Assembly: GCA_964576365.1 (NCBI GenBank)
Contig: CAZNUT010000001.1
Coordinates: 1-56,001 of the forward strand
Length of the DNA: 56,001 nt
Reading direction: 5' to 3'
Origin: an uncultured Gammaproteobacteria bacterium
GTDB taxonomy: Bacteria; Patescibacteriota; Microgenomatia; UBA1406; GWC2-37-13
Part shown: positions 8,305 to 18,801 of the stretch, piece by piece
How positions within the stretch are numbered: the stretch's first letter is position 1
Layout: the number at the start of each line of letters is the position of its first letter
Made by a program: the position numbers and the translations under genes
Notes under the pieces: generated by a model
What the model was told of the DNA's origin: nothing
What the model saw: the letters and a program-made list of their open reading frames with translations, nothing else
The model's database searches: none

Positions 8305-9966
8305 TTATTTACGTGCTTCGACCAATCCCGAAAGTGCAACCGGATTTTGAGGGTCAAGTCTGAGCGCCTGCTCAAATGACACTATAGCCTCAGCTTTTTT
8401 GCCTCCCTTCAACTGTATAAAACCTGCAAATGCTCTCAACTGCGCGGAGTATGGCTGCATATCGGCTGCGGCTTTCATATGAATCGCTGCTTTTTCAAAA
8501 TCATTCATTCCAAAATATAAAGAGGCAAGATTCTGATGTGTCTGCCAGAGTCTGGGATTTATCTGGAGTGCCCGCTGATACATCTGAAGTGCGGGCTGCA
8601 CTTGTCCCACCTGCTGATATACATTGCCGAGATTGTGATAGGCATCTGCATATCCTGGATTTATTTTAATAGCAATAATCAGCTCTTCCGCAGCTTTTTT
8701 AAAATCTTTATGTCTCATATATACGTCAGCAAGATTGTTGTGAGTCTTTGGGTCAGACGGTGATGTTTTGGCTGTTGCAATCCATAAATTATCCTCATTT
8801 TTCCAATCAACATTGCGCACGATGGATCGGACGGTAAATCCTACTAAAAACGCTACAAATAAGAGGTACATCCCCAGCTCAAATCGGCGTGGTATCTTGG
8901 CAAGCAATAGCGCTACCAGCGTGACAATTCCTATCATACTCATATACACATATCGCTCGGCTGTGACCCAGTGAACAGTCTGAGGCGTGAGTGTTGGCAC
9001 CAGACCAATGAAAAAAAGTGCAAGCAGAAAAAAATATTTTTTGTGCTTAAAAAAAGTGAAGATACAAGCAGCAATGTATATGATCAAACCAATCACCTTA
9101 ACTACAAACTGAGCCGTGGTAAATTGAAGCTCAGAGTGATACAGTGACAGTTTTGCCGGCCAGAAAAATATCTGAAAATAGGTGGTGATGGCGACCGGCA
9201 TCTGAAGAAACCAGTTGTAATACTGTGTTGTCTGATAATGCTGTTCGCGAAATGCTGTTTCGCGTGCTCCGGTACCCAAAATCAACATAACACCGTATAT
9301 GGTAGACAGCAGAAAAAAAGGGATGAGTAAATGCCAATTCTTTTTTAATTGTCCAAAAATACATTCATATAAGAAAAAAACTCCGAAAAAAACGACTGCT
9401 GGAGCGCCAGAAATCACCCCTAACCAATAACACAAAATGGAAGCTATATACCAACCCTTATGATTTTTTCTTTTCATATAAAAATACCAAGCTGACATCA
9501 TAAAAAAAGTAAACCATGAAAAAGTACCTCCCGAAATCCATGTCACAGATTCTATTGCAATCGGATGAACGGCAAAGAGCGCGGCAGCAAAAAAACCAAC
9601 AACTGGTGTAAAAAGTGTTGACATTACAACAAAAATAAGCTGGACTGTACCAATGTGGGCGAGAATATTCCAGGCACGAAAGGCAAATGGCACTAGGCCA
9701 AATATATTGCTCATCAAAAAATAAATAAGTGGCTGTAGAAATCGAAAAAGTTGAGATGTCACTGAAGACCACTGAAACACAAGAGGATTGTTCAATATTC
9801 CATAGGTGTCATCAGATACAAAAGCTGCATTGTATGTATTGGCGTACACAATAATCACAAGTAAAACTAAAATCGCATGAATGCTAATCCTTTCTATACG
9901 ATTATACTGTTTTGGAGCCTCTAATGACTCATTTTCAATATGTTTTTTACGATGTTTTTTTGACAT
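8305..9966 (-). CDS. polytopic GT-C-like membrane protein with C-terminal TPR repeats (TMTC/PMT-like)
   Basis: ~10 TM helices. Acidic first-loop motif AFVSDDTYG. C-terminal TPRs (NNLADVYMRHKDFKKAAEE...YHNLGNVYQQVGQ...ALQINP). The ORF extends to 10017, but Met18 (MSKKHRKK) is the preferred start. Confidence 0.7.
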   Translation of the reverse strand: MSKKHRKKHIENESLEAPKQYNRIERISIHAILVLLVIIVYANTYNAAFVSDDTYGILNNPLVFQWSSVTSQLFRFLQPLIYFLMSNIFGLVPFAFRAWNILAHIGTVQLIFVVMSTLFTPVVGFFAAALFAVHPIAIESVTWISGGTFSWFTFFMMSAWYFYMKRKNHKGWYIASILCYWLGVISGAPAVVFFGVFFLYECIFGQLKKNWHLLIPFFLLSTIYGVMLILGTGARETAFREQHYQTTQYYNWFLQMPVAITTYFQIFFWPAKLSLYHSELQFTTAQFVVKVIGLIIYIAACIFTFFKHKKYFFLLALFFIGLVPTLTPQTVHWVTAERYVYMSMIGIVTLVALLLAKIPRRFELGMYLLFVAFLVGFTVRSIVRNVDWKNEDNLWIATAKTSPSDPKTHNNLADVYMRHKDFKKAAEELIIAIKINPGYADAYHNLGNVYQQVGQVQPALQMYQRALQINPRLWQTHQNLASLYFGMNDFEKAAIHMKAAADMQPYSAQLRAFAGFIQLKGGKKAEAIVSFEQALRLDPQNPVALSGLVEARK

Positions 9967-10008
9967 ACACTTTACTATACACAATTTCCTTGAGAATATT
10001 ATGGTTGC

Positions 10009-11292
10009 ATGAGGCACCTTATTAAAAAAGCTGCAGATAATCCGTATATAGGCGGCGGGGTTTTTCTTTTGTTCGCAAATCTGCTCATGGGCGGTATGAA
10101 CTATCTGTTTAATATGTTGGCAAGTCGCTATCTAGGCCCGACTGGATACGGAGAAATCACCACACTATTTGCTTATCAAGCCGTACTTAACATTCCTTTT
10201 TCGGTGGCATCTCTCCTCGTGATTCAGCGTATGGGGACAACTCAAGACGACCCATATACCTTTGCCATTTCAACAGAACACACACTGTTTAGACTACTTA
10301 AAAAATACCGACTTGGCTTCGTATTGTTTTGGATTCTCATCCCGATTTCTCCATATATTTTTAATTTACCCTGGTACAGCGCATACTCTCTCATGTTTTT
10401 GCTTGGGATTACCGTAATAGCCGTGGTATACGACTCGCTTCTTATGGGACTTGAAATTTTTTTCCTCCCGGCGCTCATCGGCTTATTATCAGTAGGTATA
10501 AAACTGGGAGGTTTGTGGGGGAGTGTATTTGGCATCCCTCCGGTGATCGCAGTAATTCTCGCATATGATCTTTCGACACTATGCAAATTTGGAATGATAG
10601 TATTTCTCTTTCGAAAACGAGTACAGAATAAAAAAGATGTATCAATCTCAGACAAAAAATACTCTATACAAAAAACTTTGCTTCAAAAAGATACTCTCCT
10701 TTTAGTCGTCACCGTTGCTTCGACATCTCTTTTGAGTTCTGTAGATACAATTGTGTTGAATTGGAAGCTCAGTGCGGGCGAAATCGGACTCTATAATGTT
10801 TGGGCGATGAGCGCTCGGCTGATTTTATTTGCTGCAGGGCCCGTACTCACACTCAGCTATATTTTTTTCACAAAAAAAACACACAACCATCTGCACGATC
10901 TGATTTCTATCATATTCCTGACTCTGATCGCTATTGGGGGATCGGGCATATTTTGGATATACCGCACGTATGGAGAAACATTTATCCGTGTTTTTTATGG
11001 CTATTCATATTTTCCGCTTGTTCCATATCGAGATTGGGCTGCGCTTTTTGGTACAGGTCTAGTGATGAGTACATTTTTGCACAATTATTTTTTGACACGC
11101 ATGCATAAGGCCACCTACATCTTGCCAATTTTTACCGGTATATACATTTGCGTATTGCTTACCATCGTACACAGTATTTCAGATATGATGTTATTAAATA
11201 CGATAGCCGTTGCACTCTTGTGCGGGTGTTATTGTTGTGTAGTTCTTTTTCATGTCATATTAAAATTCAATCAATTATTGAGAAACATATGA
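10009..11292 (+). CDS. Wzx-like oligosaccharide flippase (MOP superfamily)
   Basis: Multi-TM protein with the N-terminal pattern NYLFNMLASRYLGPTGYGEITTLF typical of polysaccharide biosynthesis/flippase proteins. Confidence 0.65.
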   Translation: MRHLIKKAADNPYIGGGVFLLFANLLMGGMNYLFNMLASRYLGPTGYGEITTLFAYQAVLNIPFSVASLLVIQRMGTTQDDPYTFAISTEHTLFRLLKKYRLGFVLFWILIPISPYIFNLPWYSAYSLMFLLGITVIAVVYDSLLMGLEIFFLPALIGLLSVGIKLGGLWGSVFGIPPVIAVILAYDLSTLCKFGMIVFLFRKRVQNKKDVSISDKKYSIQKTLLQKDTLLLVVTVASTSLLSSVDTIVLNWKLSAGEIGLYNVWAMSARLILFAAGPVLTLSYIFFTKKTHNHLHDLISIIFLTLIAIGGSGIFWIYRTYGETFIRVFYGYSYFPLVPYRDWAALFGTGLVMSTFLHNYFLTRMHKATYILPIFTGIYICVLLTIVHSISDMMLLNTIAVALLCGCYCCVVLFHVILKFNQLLRNI

Positions 11293-11954
11293 AACAAATC
11301 ATCCGCAAAAAACGTCTACTAATCGACAGTTGGCATCCCCCAATATTTTCCTACATTCTTCAAATCAAAAAAGAACTTAAGGGATATCAATCTATTTTGG
11401 ATGTTGGATGTGGCATGCGTTCTCCTGTCTCGTATGTCGATTGCGCATATACAGTCGGAATCGATCTCAACCCAAATACCATTCAAAAAGCAAAAGAATT
11501 TGCCACTCATCATGAATATGTTTACGGGGATGTAAATAAACTATCAAATTTTTTTAAACCTCACTCGTTTGATGCGGTGGTATGTTTTGACGTGATTGAA
11601 CACATCACTAAATCTGAAGGTATAAAACTGATGAAACAAATGGAGCTTATCGCGCGTAAAAAAATAATTATATGTACGCCAAATGGCTTTATGCACCAGA
11701 AAGAAGAGGATAACCCACTTCAAAACCATCAATCAGGTTGGTCAACACAAGATTTTACTTCGCGAGGATATGATGTGCACGGTATTTTGGGCCCTCGCTT
11801 CCTCCGCAAAGAACAACATGAGTATACTGTTCATCGTTTGGCAGGCTTTTTGCTTTCTGAACTATTGCAAATAACATATACACATAGTCGACCTGAAAAA
11901 GCCGCGGCACTCATGGCTATCAAAAAGGTACAAAACGACTCTTCAAAAAAATAA
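11289..11954 (+). CDS. class I SAM-dependent methyltransferase
   Basis: Motif I ILDVGCGMRSP, and DAVVCFDVIEHI. The start is taken at the ATG that overlaps the flippase stop (ATGA). Confidence 0.8.
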   Translation: MKQIIRKKRLLIDSWHPPIFSYILQIKKELKGYQSILDVGCGMRSPVSYVDCAYTVGIDLNPNTIQKAKEFATHHEYVYGDVNKLSNFFKPHSFDAVVCFDVIEHITKSEGIKLMKQMELIARKKIIICTPNGFMHQKEEDNPLQNHQSGWSTQDFTSRGYDVHGILGPRFLRKEQHEYTVHRLAGFLLSELLQITYTHSRPEKAAALMAIKKVQNDSSKK

Positions 11955-12828
11955 ATCCGCCTTTTAAGATTGTTTGTATATACTCGAAGCAAAAGGTGAT
12001 ATGCATATCGATCACCCACCAGGTGAGGACTACTTTTTGAGAAAAGCTAAACGAAGCAATCCATGAATCGCGAAGCATCACCACAAGATCATAGTGAAAT
12101 AAAAGCGGCAGTTTCAAATAACGAATTACTCTCCTCCAAATATGAGGTTGAAAAACACCATCTTTTAATACATTGAAACGCTCAAAACTATAGCCCGAAT
12201 CTCTCTTGCGCCACAATCTCTGCCTGCAAAAAGCGACACCACCCTGCAATAAAACACGATAAACAAGCAAACTTTCTCCGATTCCTGCGGGGATATACCA
12301 AGGGTAATAATAAAATCCTCCCGTCTTTCGTAAAACTGTAGTCTTGTGAAGTCCATAACTGATGATCGGACCTGTAGCCATACAGTTTTTTATCGAAGCG
12401 AGATGGCCAGCATACTCATCAAAATGATAATCTACATCAAAATACTGACTATCACTCGTCAATTGATAATTGCATCCAGCAACCACTGCCTGTGGATATT
12501 TTTTGTGGAGGTTGACCAGTGTTTTTACAAAATCGGGTTGCCATTCATCATCATCTGTTGCCCATAAAAAATACATTCCTTTTGCCTCTTGCAGGACAAA
12601 ATTAAAATTGCGATACATACCGATGTTTTCTTTTTGACGAACATATTTAACTCGTTTATCTTTGCGCATATATGCTTCACATACAGCTTGAGTATTATCA
12701 GTTGATGCATTGTCAGAAATGATGAGTTCAATATGGGAATATGTTTGTGAGAGTAATTGATCAATGGCAGCATGCAATATATCGCCACGGTTGTAAGTGA
12801 TAAGACCGATGGAAACGAGCGGAGACAT
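11920..12828 (-). CDS. family 2 glycosyltransferase
   Basis: VSIGLITYNRGDIL...ELIISDNASTDNT...WATDDDEW. Confidence 0.85.
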   Translation of the reverse strand: MSPLVSIGLITYNRGDILHAAIDQLLSQTYSHIELIISDNASTDNTQAVCEAYMRKDKRVKYVRQKENIGMYRNFNFVLQEAKGMYFLWATDDDEWQPDFVKTLVNLHKKYPQAVVAGCNYQLTSDSQYFDVDYHFDEYAGHLASIKNCMATGPIISYGLHKTTVLRKTGGFYYYPWYIPAGIGESLLVYRVLLQGGVAFCRQRLWRKRDSGYSFERFNVLKDGVFQPHIWRRVIRYLKLPLLFHYDLVVMLRDSWIASFSFSQKVVLTWWVIDMHITFCFEYIQTILKGGFIFLKSRFVPF

Positions 12829-12876
12829 ATCAAATTATAACCTTCTGCAGTAAATCACGCATATGAATTACGCTGA

Positions 12877-13914
12877 CTAATAAGCTCTACCTTGCACGTA
12901 TGCAATTGCTTTACCTACATAATAAAAGAGGGATTGTTTGACACCTACTCTTTCAAAGATTTCACTATCGGATTTTATTCGTATTTGTTGCATTTTTTTT
13001 CTACGTTTCAAGATAAACGGAACACGGACAACAACCCATATAAGTCCTTTTAATATACTTAACGACTTGTGCCATTTTGCATGTAAAAGAAACAGTAAAC
13101 TCAGAAATGCGTATATTGAAAATACAAATATCGCCATCCACCATGCATTTTTTATTTCAAGTAATGAGATAAGCGAAGTGAGATGATTTTTGCATCCATG
13201 ATAAAAAATATTCGCTTCTCTTAGATAGTATTGTTGCAGGGCTTCTTTTTTTTTCGTACCAAATGCGTGGTACAGGGTAACATCCGGAAAAAAATACACT
13301 TCATACCCTGTCATCCAGCATCGCCACGTAAAATCAGGCTCTTCCCATCCAAAAAAATATGTTGCGTCCATACCGCCTAATTGCTGGTATATATCACGTC
13401 TGACGATCATACCCCCTCCTTTTACCGAAAAAACTGCTGCCGTTTTATCATATTGTCCTCTATCTACTGCACCACGTGCTCGCTCAACCAGAAATCCAAA
13501 TGGACTGATAAAATCACCTGCATAATCATATTCATTTGTGCCAGTCTTAAGCATTTTTACTTGTCCAACTGCGGCCATTGGATGAGTTTTGAAAAAAAAA
13601 CTGATTTTTTCAGCCCATCCTGGCATCACTTCGGAATCTTGACCCACAATAAAAAGATAGGGAGCTTTTGCTATTGCCACTCCCATATTGATGCCCTTCA
13701 CAGTCCCGCCTCGCTGTATTTGCCGCAACAAATGAAACTGCTTACTTTTTTTATATTTCTTCTGAAGATATTCATATGACCCGTCAGTCGACTTATCAAC
13801 TATTGCAATGATCTCCATCAAATCCGGCGGCTCTTGAAGGAGACTATCAAAACAGGTGTCAACAAAAGGCATCCCGTTGTATACAGGTACTATCACTGAA
13901 ACTAAAGGAGACAT
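12877..13914 (-). CDS. family 2 glycosyltransferase with C-terminal TM region
   Basis: VSVIVPVYNGMPFV...IVDKSTDGS, followed by a C-terminal hydrophobic segment. Confidence 0.85.
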   Translation of the reverse strand: MSPLVSVIVPVYNGMPFVDTCFDSLLQEPPDLMEIIAIVDKSTDGSYEYLQKKYKKSKQFHLLRQIQRGGTVKGINMGVAIAKAPYLFIVGQDSEVMPGWAEKISFFFKTHPMAAVGQVKMLKTGTNEYDYAGDFISPFGFLVERARGAVDRGQYDKTAAVFSVKGGGMIVRRDIYQQLGGMDATYFFGWEEPDFTWRCWMTGYEVYFFPDVTLYHAFGTKKKEALQQYYLREANIFYHGCKNHLTSLISLLEIKNAWWMAIFVFSIYAFLSLLFLLHAKWHKSLSILKGLIWVVVRVPFILKRRKKMQQIRIKSDSEIFERVGVKQSLFYYVGKAIAYVQGRAY

Positions 13915-14043
13915 AGTGGCTTGTAGTATTTGTAACCTTTATAATACCCATTCGGCTTATCGGCTGAAAATCCTCTTCGAAATTATTGATGTTATAAAAA
14001 AAGAGATACATGGTGTCCTGTCAATATCAATCACTATGAAAAA

Positions 14044-15222
14044 TCAGTCTTGCAATAAGCTCTTATACAATTTTTCGTAGTGCTTGATTAATACACTTCC
14101 ATGATATTTTTTTGCAACACTTTCTGTTTTTTTTCTGAGATTGACGAGATTTATTTGCCCTGTCGCGATATGGGATAATGCTTTTGCCCATTCTCCCTTT
14201 TTAACAAGATATGCATCATCACCTAAGCGTATTTCTTCCCCCAGATTGTCTAAGTCTGACGCTAGAATAGCAGATCCATACCCTCGTGCATGATAAAGCG
14301 GCCCGCTCGCTGCTATAGAAAGATGAGCGGGTATCACAATAGCTGCAGCTTTTGCATAGAGCTGCTGCAGCTCTGATTCAGTTTTGACAAAACCATAAAA
14401 CTCTACGTTGCGACTCATCTTTAACGTTGTTACAAGTGACTTCAACTCCTGAGAGGCACTTTCCTGCCCAGCAATGACTCCTCCTGCCAGAATCAGTCGA
14501 TATCCAGGATGCTTTTGAATAAAATGTGCAAATCCCCGTAACAACTCCTCAAGTCCTTTTCTTCGGACGAGATAACCGTAGTATAAAAAAATCTGTTCTG
14601 ACGTAATAGATGCACATTTATTTTTTTCAGGGACAATCGGCGGGATCACTGTGAGTTTTGCTTCAGGGATATGATATGAATCGATCAGTATATGCTTCAT
14701 CATGCCTGTATGACAAATCAATTCAGATCCTCCGAAACGCCACGCTGAATAAAATATAAAAAAATAACATTTTAATACCCACAAAGGTATATATACAGAA
14801 ATAGAAAAAAAATGTTTAAAATCGTTATTGATTTGCACTGGCGAAACAACTCCATGAATGGTGACAACCACTGGTGCAATCATCATTCTGAGAAAAAAAC
14901 AGAACCATGGCAAAAATAGGTTAATAAACAGACCACCATACATATTAAACTCGTGCTGAAGATGAATCAATTGAGGTTTGTCTTTTTTTAATGCACGATA
15001 TACATCGTAAAAAAATTTCCATCCTTTACGCCAAGTGAGCCGTACATCGCCATTTTGTGAAAGTTTTAGATTTGCTTTATTTCTATCGGCATACACCACT
15101 GTTGTTAATGAAGAGGCATACCGGTATGATGCATTAGTGAGAATTTCTGAATAGTGACCAGCCGGAAGCAGTGCCGTAATATGAGCAATACGTATTTTGT
15201 CTGAAGTCATAGAAGGCGGCAT
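14044..15222 (-). CDS. GT4-type (GT-B fold) glycosyltransferase
   Basis: C-terminal GT-B half YYGYLVRRKGLEELLRGF...LILAGG...PAHLSIAASGPLYHARGYG. Confidence 0.8.
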   Translation of the reverse strand: MPPSMTSDKIRIAHITALLPAGHYSEILTNASYRYASSLTTVVYADRNKANLKLSQNGDVRLTWRKGWKFFYDVYRALKKDKPQLIHLQHEFNMYGGLFINLFLPWFCFFLRMMIAPVVVTIHGVVSPVQINNDFKHFFSISVYIPLWVLKCYFFIFYSAWRFGGSELICHTGMMKHILIDSYHIPEAKLTVIPPIVPEKNKCASITSEQIFLYYGYLVRRKGLEELLRGFAHFIQKHPGYRLILAGGVIAGQESASQELKSLVTTLKMSRNVEFYGFVKTESELQQLYAKAAAIVIPAHLSIAASGPLYHARGYGSAILASDLDNLGEEIRLGDDAYLVKKGEWAKALSHIATGQINLVNLRKKTESVAKKYHGSVLIKHYEKLYKSLLQD

Positions 15223-15262
15223 TGATTATAATTTGATTTATTATAAAGTCTTTTTATTTTTA

Positions 15263-15676
15263 GTGGACTATCACATCAGTAATTTTAAAAAAATACGTGA
15301 CAAACGGGGAGACCTTATTGTGTATTTGAAAGAGTCAGAACTCAACGATGCAAAAAAACATTTTGGTCAGATTTATTTTGTTACTTTTAACAAAAAAGGT
15401 GTGGTGCGAGGAAATCACTATCACAAAAAATGGCACGAATGGTTTGGTATAGTGACTGGAAGAGTGGAGGTGATGCTTGCTGATGTACGTACGGGGGAAC
15501 AGACGCACCTGGTGCTGGATGCGAAAAAAGATCAATACGTAAGACTAGAAACAGGACCGTATATCGCTCATGCTCTCAAAAGCCTTACTCGACACGCATC
15601 GCTTCTCAGCTATGCTGATACTGAATGGCATGAGGCAGATACATATCCTTATCCATTGCTTACCCAAGACGAGTGA
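15263..15676 (+). CDS. WxcM/FdtA-like cupin (nucleotide-sugar 3,4-ketoisomerase/epimerase family)
   Basis: IRDKRGDL...VRGNHYHKKWHEWFGIVTGRVEV (HxH cupin motif). The track ORF starts at a TTG at 15197 that overlaps the divergent GT4 gene, so the GTG at 15263 is preferred. Confidence 0.7.
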   Translation: MDYHISNFKKIRDKRGDLIVYLKESELNDAKKHFGQIYFVTFNKKGVVRGNHYHKKWHEWFGIVTGRVEVMLADVRTGEQTHLVLDAKKDQYVRLETGPYIAHALKSLTRHASLLSYADTEWHEADTYPYPLLTQDE

Positions 15677-15772
15677 CCTTTCATCTCATATGAGAATTAT
15701 TACACAATGTACATACAACGTAATTGACATCATCTTGTCGTTTGATAATCTATATGATTTTTACATACAAAC

Positions 15773-16756
15773 ATGTCTCCAAGTTTGACCATATGCATTC
15801 CGGTAAGTCGTTCAAGTGAGGTATTGCAACGTTGTCTTCAAAGTATCCACGAACATGGCATCAGGGATCAATACACAATTCTCCTTATCGCGAAAGACAA
15901 ACTGGATGTGGCTCAAATCAACCTAAGCAATACTCAGATTATTAAGCAGCAAAGATATGGCCTCACAGGAGCCATGAATGACGCACTTGCGCGTATCGAA
16001 ACGCCTCTTTTTGCCCGTATTGATGACGATGTCACCGTCAGCAAGACCTGGATGCAAACAGTCATCAATAGTCTCACAACAAATACAAAAATAGGTGGCG
16101 TAACCGGCCCAACAGTGATTCCAGCTGATGAGCAGAAATCAAGAGACGTCATACGAATACTTACTATTCTTGAAAAAACAACAAATCCACTATTAATGCC
16201 AATCAAATGGTTATATCTTTCCTATTTATATGAAGGAAATATGCGGATGCCTGGCCGTTTTTTGAGAAGTGGTGTATTTACTCTGGGCTCCAACTTCGAA
16301 GAGTCATTGCGATATAAAAAACCATTTGAGGTAGATTATGCCGAAGCATGCAATTATGCATTCAGGACTGAAATGGTGCGATCGCTTGGAGGATTTGATT
16401 CTTTTTATTCGTACGGACTGAGTGAATATCATGAACCAGACATGGCATATCGCATAAGAAAAAAAGGGCACCCTGTTATGTTTTACCCTCAAGCAGCCGT
16501 CACACATCACGTAGGCATAGGTGTGGCACGAAGCAGGGGAGAGGCAATGGGCAGAATACGCAATTTTATCCATTTTTACCGTACACACCTTGATGATGGA
16601 ACTGTGGACTCGCGCACCCGGTTTGCGGTACATATATTGCTGCAAAATTGTTATTATGCGTATACATTTCTACGAACAGGAGATATCAGTAATCTGGGAG
16701 CTTTCATTGGCACTATTAAGGAGCTTATCTCAAGCCCTCAACACATATCACTATGA
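15773..16756 (+). CDS. family 2 glycosyltransferase
   Basis: LTICIPVSRSSEVL..., and ARIDDDV as the DxD motif. Confidence 0.75.
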   Translation: MSPSLTICIPVSRSSEVLQRCLQSIHEHGIRDQYTILLIAKDKLDVAQINLSNTQIIKQQRYGLTGAMNDALARIETPLFARIDDDVTVSKTWMQTVINSLTTNTKIGGVTGPTVIPADEQKSRDVIRILTILEKTTNPLLMPIKWLYLSYLYEGNMRMPGRFLRSGVFTLGSNFEESLRYKKPFEVDYAEACNYAFRTEMVRSLGGFDSFYSYGLSEYHEPDMAYRIRKKGHPVMFYPQAAVTHHVGIGVARSRGEAMGRIRNFIHFYRTHLDDGTVDSRTRFAVHILLQNCYYAYTFLRTGDISNLGAFIGTIKELISSPQHISL

Positions 16757-17721
16757 CACGTGTGTCTATCATATCAGCAGCATATAACAGCGTATCTCAT
16801 ATCAAGCCATTTATAGAGAATGTACAAAAAACCGATGGAGTAGACTATGATCTTACCATCATCGATGATGGCTCGACTGATGATACAAAAAAATTATTAA
16901 AAACTCTTCGTCTGCCTGTCAATGTCCGCTGCATTTCACTTCCTCAAAATAAAGGAGCAACGTATGCACGTAATTTTGCTGCAAATCAAAGCAAAGGAGT
17001 ATTTATAGTGTATTTTGATATTGACGCTCGTATACAACCTGACACAATAAAAAGATTGATTGAACCACTAGCGAACGACAATACGATAGGCATGACTCAA
17101 GCCGTACTCCTAAAACCTGATGGAAATATCGAAAGCACAGGACACCATCTTTCCTGGCTCGGTCTCCCATACAATGTTGCCACTCACTATACATCTTCGC
17201 AGCCTGTTGAAATCTTTGGGACACGGGTAGCATGGGCAATGAGTAGAGAATTGTTTGAAAAAATTGAAGGGTATGATGAACAATTTGTGATATATGCGGA
17301 AGACACCGATATCTCATGGCGTGTGTGGCGAACAGGTCGCCGCATCCTGTTGCTACCAGACGTATATGTGACCCATTTACAAAAAAGTAGTCTGAATAAA
17401 AAAACTGAACATCGTGTTTATTATGAAGGAACAAAAAATATGCTCATCATGCTTGTCAAAAATCTGTCAGCATTTTACTGGTGGGTATTACCTCTTTATA
17501 TATTGACCTGGTTGATGTTATCAGTTGGCATGTTGTTTTCATCAAAAAAAGCTATGTCTTTGTGGGTGTGGAAAGGACTTTTGCAGGGCATACTCAAAAT
17601 ACCTGTAATACTTCGCTGGCGAAAAAAAACAGCAACTATTTACCAAGCTCCAGTCACATCTCAAATCATTTTTGGGGATTTCAAAACACTTATCGCAAAA
17701 TTGCAAAAACAACATTACTAA
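16753..17721 (+). CDS. family 2 glycosyltransferase with C-terminal TM region
   Basis: VSIISAAYNSVSHI...LTIIDDGSTDDT...YAEDTD. ATGA overlap with the upstream GT2. Confidence 0.85.
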   Translation: MTRVSIISAAYNSVSHIKPFIENVQKTDGVDYDLTIIDDGSTDDTKKLLKTLRLPVNVRCISLPQNKGATYARNFAANQSKGVFIVYFDIDARIQPDTIKRLIEPLANDNTIGMTQAVLLKPDGNIESTGHHLSWLGLPYNVATHYTSSQPVEIFGTRVAWAMSRELFEKIEGYDEQFVIYAEDTDISWRVWRTGRRILLLPDVYVTHLQKSSLNKKTEHRVYYEGTKNMLIMLVKNLSAFYWWVLPLYILTWLMLSVGMLFSSKKAMSLWVWKGLLQGILKIPVILRWRKKTATIYQAPVTSQIIFGDFKTLIAKLQKQHY

Positions 17722-17769
17722 TATCCAATACTTTTTACCTTTTCACTTTTACCTATTAACTAAAATTGT

Positions 17770-18798
17770 ATGCCTCCTCACATCTCAATCTGCATCCCTA
17801 CTTACAATAGAGCCGACCTGCTTGTAGATACCCTCAAATCTATAGCCGCACAGACAGTACAGCCATATGAAGTTATCATTCTTGACAATGCCTCAACTGA
17901 TACCACTGCCGAACTTATCAGTCGGTTTAAAAACTCCAATATACGATATATTCGTCACAAAAAAAATATTGGTATGGCGCAAAATTATAATGCTTGTGTA
18001 CAAGAAGCCCGTGGTGAATGGATGACTTTTCTCCCAAGTGATGATATCATCTCGCCAACTTGGTATGAAGAGTGGAGTAAAATAATCAGCAAAACAACGG
18101 CTGATTTATATATGTCGCCGCTTACTGTGGTAGACAATGATCTACATCCTTTATGGGTTATGCCTCTTTTTTCTGAAAATAAGCTCATCCGACAACCACA
18201 TGTTGCTAAAACATTTCATGATCGTGGTACCCCAGGAGTTCCCCCAACCGCTCTTTGTGTTTTCAACAAAAAAATTCTTAAAAAACTAGGTCCTTTTGAT
18301 CCAGCCCATGGAACTGAGTTTGATGTACGTGTGATGCTTCGTATGTTTGATGTATGTGACGTATACTACCTACATCGTTTCTTATACGCGCTTCGCGAAC
18401 ATCCCTATCGTGCATTTGAACATGAAAAAGAAACAAAGCAGAAACAATTTTTAACCAGATTAGAACGTAATTTTGCCATTATTGGCGATTTGTGGAAAAA
18501 AAATTATCAAAAAAACCCAAAAAAACGTGACTTTGTGCACTGTGCAATTTTTATGAATCTATGCAATATTAATTTATATATAGCACGAGGAGAATTAAAA
18601 ACCATAGTTCGCTCTTACCAACTTGCCAAAACATATATACCCGATCTGTTTCAATATTCACAAGACTGGACAGCGTTTGTACGTTATCAATGGTTGTTTT
18701 TAAAACGGGTTTTTATGATGAGACAAATCCCCTCACATCTCAAAAAACAAATTTCATGGATTGAAGATCTGCGACGGTATGATAGTATTACACCATAG
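17770..18798 (+). CDS. family 2 glycosyltransferase
   Basis: ISICIPTYNRADLL...VIILDNASTDTT...LPSDD. Confidence 0.85.
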   Translation: MPPHISICIPTYNRADLLVDTLKSIAAQTVQPYEVIILDNASTDTTAELISRFKNSNIRYIRHKKNIGMAQNYNACVQEARGEWMTFLPSDDIISPTWYEEWSKIISKTTADLYMSPLTVVDNDLHPLWVMPLFSENKLIRQPHVAKTFHDRGTPGVPPTALCVFNKKILKKLGPFDPAHGTEFDVRVMLRMFDVCDVYYLHRFLYALREHPYRAFEHEKETKQKQFLTRLERNFAIIGDLWKKNYQKNPKKRDFVHCAIFMNLCNINLYIARGELKTIVRSYQLAKTYIPDLFQYSQDWTAFVRYQWLFLKRVFMMRQIPSHLKKQISWIEDLRRYDSITP

Positions 18799-18801
18799 TC
18801 T

